A stretch of 64,000 bases of DNA from Candidatus Poribacteria bacterium (GTDB lineage Bacteria; Poribacteria; WGA-4E; WGA-3G), in NCBI GenBank assembly GCA_965215265.1, contig OZ244048.1:928001-992000 (forward strand). Reading direction: 5' to 3'. Of this stretch, positions 60,887-64,000 are shown one piece after another. Below the pieces are notes generated by a model. That model saw only the letters and a list, made by a program, of their open reading frames with translations, was not told where the DNA came from and made no database searches. The translations under genes and the position numbers were made by a program. Position 1 is the first letter of the stretch. Every line of letters starts with the position of its first letter.

Positions 60887-62050
60887 TCAGGGCCGTTCCG
60901 TTTTGGAAGTGATTTCGTCATAGTTTGCCAAATACGCATCAGCGATGTGTTTCCAATCGTAAGGTCTAACGCGTTCAACGCTGACTCTCCCCATCTCAAT
61001 GCGATGCTGCCCAGCATTGATGAGTTTCGCGAGACATTCCGCAAGACTCGCCACATCGCCCGGGGCAAACACTTCGCCGTTCACACCGCCCTTGACAAGC
61101 TCATCTATGCCTTGCACCCGGCTTGCCACAATTGGGAGCCCTGTTCCCATCGCTTCTAGGACAACAAGGGGCATCCCCTCCGCAAGCGAAGGCAGCACAA
61201 AGATGTCTGCGTTTCTATACTTTTGGGGCAATTCGGAATATTGAACCGAACCCGCAAAGGTAATGTAAGATGCTACGCCCAGGCCCTCGGCTAATCTTAC
61301 CAATTCCCGCTGATATGGCCCATCGCCCACAATTTCAATCTCAAATTTGTGTTGGGTGTTTTCAAGAATTTGCGGTACCGCACGAATCAGAAACTGAAAT
61401 CCTTTACGCGGAATGAGCCGCCCAATCGTTAGCACCCGCACGAGAGGAGGGCAGGCCTCTCGATGCACTGGGGCAAAACGTCCCAGATCCAAGCCGTCAG
61501 GAATAACCTGAATGTCGATGTCTGCATCGGTTTCACGTGCTAGTTCGCGCAAGCCTTCACTACAAGCCACGAGAACCGAGGCGTTGCCCCAAATTCCCCG
61601 GATAATAGGTTTCAGCAGGAGGTACAGCCACCGGTAATAGGGCGGATGCGGATTGCGACTCGGCACGTCGCGCCCACCTAAAAAAACACAATACGGCACC
61701 TTCCGAATCCTTTTCAGTAGATACGCACCGCCACCTGCAGGAATCCCGAAAAACACTTGCACAATATCCGGTCGAAACCGCTTAGCGAAGTTCAACCCGT
61801 AGACGCTCGAACTCACAGCATAAGTTAACATTTCGTGAACCGCACACACATTTGCGTTTTTCCGAAGTGCAGGTACACGATGCACGTCAAATCCCTCCAC
61901 ATTTTCATCACGCGGCAAGTCGCGGAATCGGGAAGTAATCAGGTGGACCTGATGCCCCGCAGCAGCGAAGTGTTTCCCTAAAAAATAACTCACCCATCCC
62001 CCACCGCCCCCAATTGGCGGGAATTCGTGATTGAACATCAGAATTTTCAT
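60887..62050 (-). CDS. Glycosyltransferase family 4
   Basis: EFPPIGGG, GRL..RKG and EGMPLVVLEAM motifs. Confidence 0.9.
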   Translation of the reverse strand: MKILMFNHEFPPIGGGGGWVSYFLGKHFAAAGHQVHLITSRFRDLPRDENVEGFDVHRVPALRKNANVCAVHEMLTYAVSSSVYGLNFAKRFRPDIVQVFFGIPAGGGAYLLKRIRKVPYCVFLGGRDVPSRNPHPPYYRWLYLLLKPIIRGIWGNASVLVACSEGLRELARETDADIDIQVIPDGLDLGRFAPVHREACPPLVRVLTIGRLIPRKGFQFLIRAVPQILENTQHKFEIEIVGDGPYQRELVRLAEGLGVASYITFAGSVQYSELPQKYRNADIFVLPSLAEGMPLVVLEAMGTGLPIVASRVQGIDELVKGGVNGEVFAPGDVASLAECLAKLINAGQHRIEMGRVSVERVRPYDWKHIADAYLANYDEITSKTERP

Positions 62051-62130
62051 ATTACCTTTTTTTGTCCATTAAAGCCCACTGCAAGGTCAGCTCCCTATCT
62101 CGCCAGAGGCGTTGGCGGTTCTGGCAGAAA

Positions 62131-63021
62131 CTAAAAATTAACCTTATCCTGAGCCATCTCAACAGCAAAACTGATGATTACCTCTGCAATGTCTATACCG
62201 GTAACAGATTCTAGCTCCTCAAAACCCGGCGACGGATTCACTTCAAGGATGACAGGTCCCCCCGCCGTTTGAAGCACATCTACGCCTGCGATTTCTAATT
62301 CTAGTGCGGCAGCTGCTTCAGTCGCTATACGACTGTACTCATCAGTGAGAGTGAATGCTTCGCCTGATGCCCCTCGATGGATATTTGCCCGGAACTCACC
62401 GGGCGGCGCGCTCCGTTTCATCGCCGCAATCGCTTGATGTCCCGCAACGAGGATACGGATATCCACGCCATCCGATTCTCGGATAAACGGCTGGATAATG
62501 TAATCTTGATGTAAGTCGCAGAGCGCATCCACTGTAGAGGCAAGTGACGTTTCGGTATCGATTAACATAACGCCTCTGCCGTGGGTACCGTAAAACGGTT
62601 TTAAAATAAACGGATAACCGCCAAGCTGCGTTACGGATACTTCTAAGAAGTTAGCAGAACCGACAGTAAGGCTGGGTGGGACAGGGAGGTTATGTTCCGC
62701 CAGTACTCGCAAGGAGCGAAATTTATGGCGGGCTGTGCCGATAGCGTCGGCCCCGTTAACGACTGGAATGCCCAGCCACTCAAAGTGCGCGACTACTTCC
62801 TCTCCATAGTTTGCCGTTGTACGGCTAAGGCGCGGGATAACCACATCAAAATCTTCAGCCGGATTGCCATCATAATACATGCGTTTACCGGGACCGCCGA
62901 TGTGAAGATAGAAACCGAACGGGTCGAGAACTTCAGCACGATGGCCAGCATTCTCGGCAGCTTCACAGAGACGGCGCGTTGAATGGTTTTGGGGACCTCG
63001 GGAGAGGATTGCAATTTTCAT
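62131..63021 (-). CDS. rimK: RimK family alpha-L-glutamate ligase
   Basis: ILKP..GTHG.GV, DIR, FRANIHRG, AGVD and EVNPSPG motifs. Confidence 0.88.
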   Translation of the reverse strand: MKIAILSRGPQNHSTRRLCEAAENAGHRAEVLDPFGFYLHIGGPGKRMYYDGNPAEDFDVVIPRLSRTTANYGEEVVAHFEWLGIPVVNGADAIGTARHKFRSLRVLAEHNLPVPPSLTVGSANFLEVSVTQLGGYPFILKPFYGTHGRGVMLIDTETSLASTVDALCDLHQDYIIQPFIRESDGVDIRILVAGHQAIAAMKRSAPPGEFRANIHRGASGEAFTLTDEYSRIATEAAAALELEIAGVDVLQTAGGPVILEVNPSPGFEELESVTGIDIAEVIISFAVEMAQDKVNF

Positions 63022-63293
63022 ACCTTCGGCGCAGCGTTAAATTCAAAAGCAAAAGAGAGTCGTTTGTAAAGTTGTTTTTTTTATAGAGTCTTTAAACGCC
63101 GTTGAGCATTTTAGACCTCTATATCCATCCGGAAATTTGGAAAACATTATACCATATTTTGCATCAAACGGCAAAAATTATTCGGAATAAGTCGTTTTCG
63201 GATTAAGAAGTTTAGATTTTTCATGTCATGCACTGCTTTGCGGAATCTACCATAGTTTAACCTAAATACAGGCTTTTTCGTTTTTTTTACCTG

Positions 63294-63326
63294 AAATTGT
63301 GACAAAATTGTGACAAAATTGTTGCA
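63294..63326. promoter_or_regulatory. Three 11-bp direct repeats (OmpR/PhoB-like site)
   Basis: AAATTGTGACA AAATTGTGACA AAATTGTTGCA. Confidence 0.5.
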
Positions 63327-63518
63327 TTTCTATGAATTTTTACATGCGTTCGACCCGGTCCGCCTTTATTTTACGTCTATATAGTATATCGGCGGGAGAT
63401 AAAAAACGGTGATTTCCTGTCGATTCGATAAACTTAATTAAGTGCGGTAGGAACGTTTACACCTTAATTTCCATGCCTTGATAACATCAATAGGGGGTGA
63501 GTAATATTGGAAGATTCA

Positions 63519-64000
63519 ATGCCGATTACGGCCTCAGATTCAGATGATTGCTTGCTTAAAGGCATCCAAAACGGTGATGAGACCGCCCTCGTGGCACTCT
63601 TTGAGAAGTATGAATGTCTGATGATGGGGTTAGTCAAAAAAGAGTTGTTGCCTCATGCCGCTTATGCCGTAGAGGATGTCTACGCAGAGGCCCGTGCCGC
63701 TATTATAATACGTCTTAATAAGAATTCTCACGGCATCCACAACTTGAAAGCGTGGATCGGGACGGTGACGTGGAGCAAGTGCAAAGATTTTTGGCGCAAC
63801 ACTCAGAGATATCACGACTTAAAGCAAATCATGGCGGATATTTCTAAGGCAATAGCCGATGAGCAGTCGCCAGATGAGTGTGAGTATGAGGAAATAGTGT
63901 GGGAGCTAGTCAAAAAGTTGGGGCCCAAGTACATAAAAGTAGCAAAATTGCGTACGCAGGGTCTGTGGCTTTCAGATATAGCCATAGTTCTAGAGATACC
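63519..64000 (+). CDS. ECF-type RNA polymerase sigma factor (3' end outside window)
   Basis: Manual translation MPITASDSDDCLL...GDETALVALFEKY...AVEDVYAE...LKAWIGTV...CKDFWR...LVKKL...GLWLSDIAIVL; alternative TTG start at 63507. Confidence 0.7.
   Translation, partial: MPITASDSDDCLLKGIQNGDETALVALFEKYECLMMGLVKKELLPHAAYAVEDVYAEARAAIIIRLNKNSHGIHNLKAWIGTVTWSKCKDFWRNTQRYHDLKQIMADISKAIADEQSPDECEYEEIVWELVKKLGPKYIKVAKLRTQGLWLSDIAIVLEI

Overview
64 kb of bacterial chromosome, genetic code 11 (TGA ends leuS, aapQ and lgt). The organism is probably Candidatus Poribacteria or a relative. This is inferred from the secreted WD40-dockerin-FlgD/CTD protein, the DUF4159 protein, two Rpn genes and dense intergenic palindromic repeats. 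Most genes are housekeeping or metabolic: aapJQMP transporter, radC, rlmB, iolCD, eda, two CNNM/HlyC proteins, folE-PTPS-SDR, rhodanese, livGF, lgt, obg-proBA, nfo, phoX, leuS, rnj, leuCD, rimK-family ligase and an ECF sigma factor. Standout observations: (1) A DUF4159 gene appears as two ORFs but is one reading frame through a single TGA, followed by a hairpin whose core GCAGGUCUGC matches the E. coli fdhF SECIS, so it is a candidate new selenoprotein with an unusual two-hairpin SECIS. (2) A four-gene defence island encodes a HEPN-DUF499 ATPase, Rpn, DUF1156 methylase and GIY-YIG nuclease, with no SNF2 helicase. (3) A secreted WD40 protein has 13 near-identical 126-bp repeats that vary mainly at four surface codons and are mosaics of one another; it sits behind a triplicated promoter. 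(4) Two families of palindromic intergenic elements occur, one with compensatory stem changes and nested insertion. (5) Both Rpn genes carry internal SD-ATG starts for putative small antitoxins. All calls are from motif reading; no searches were run.
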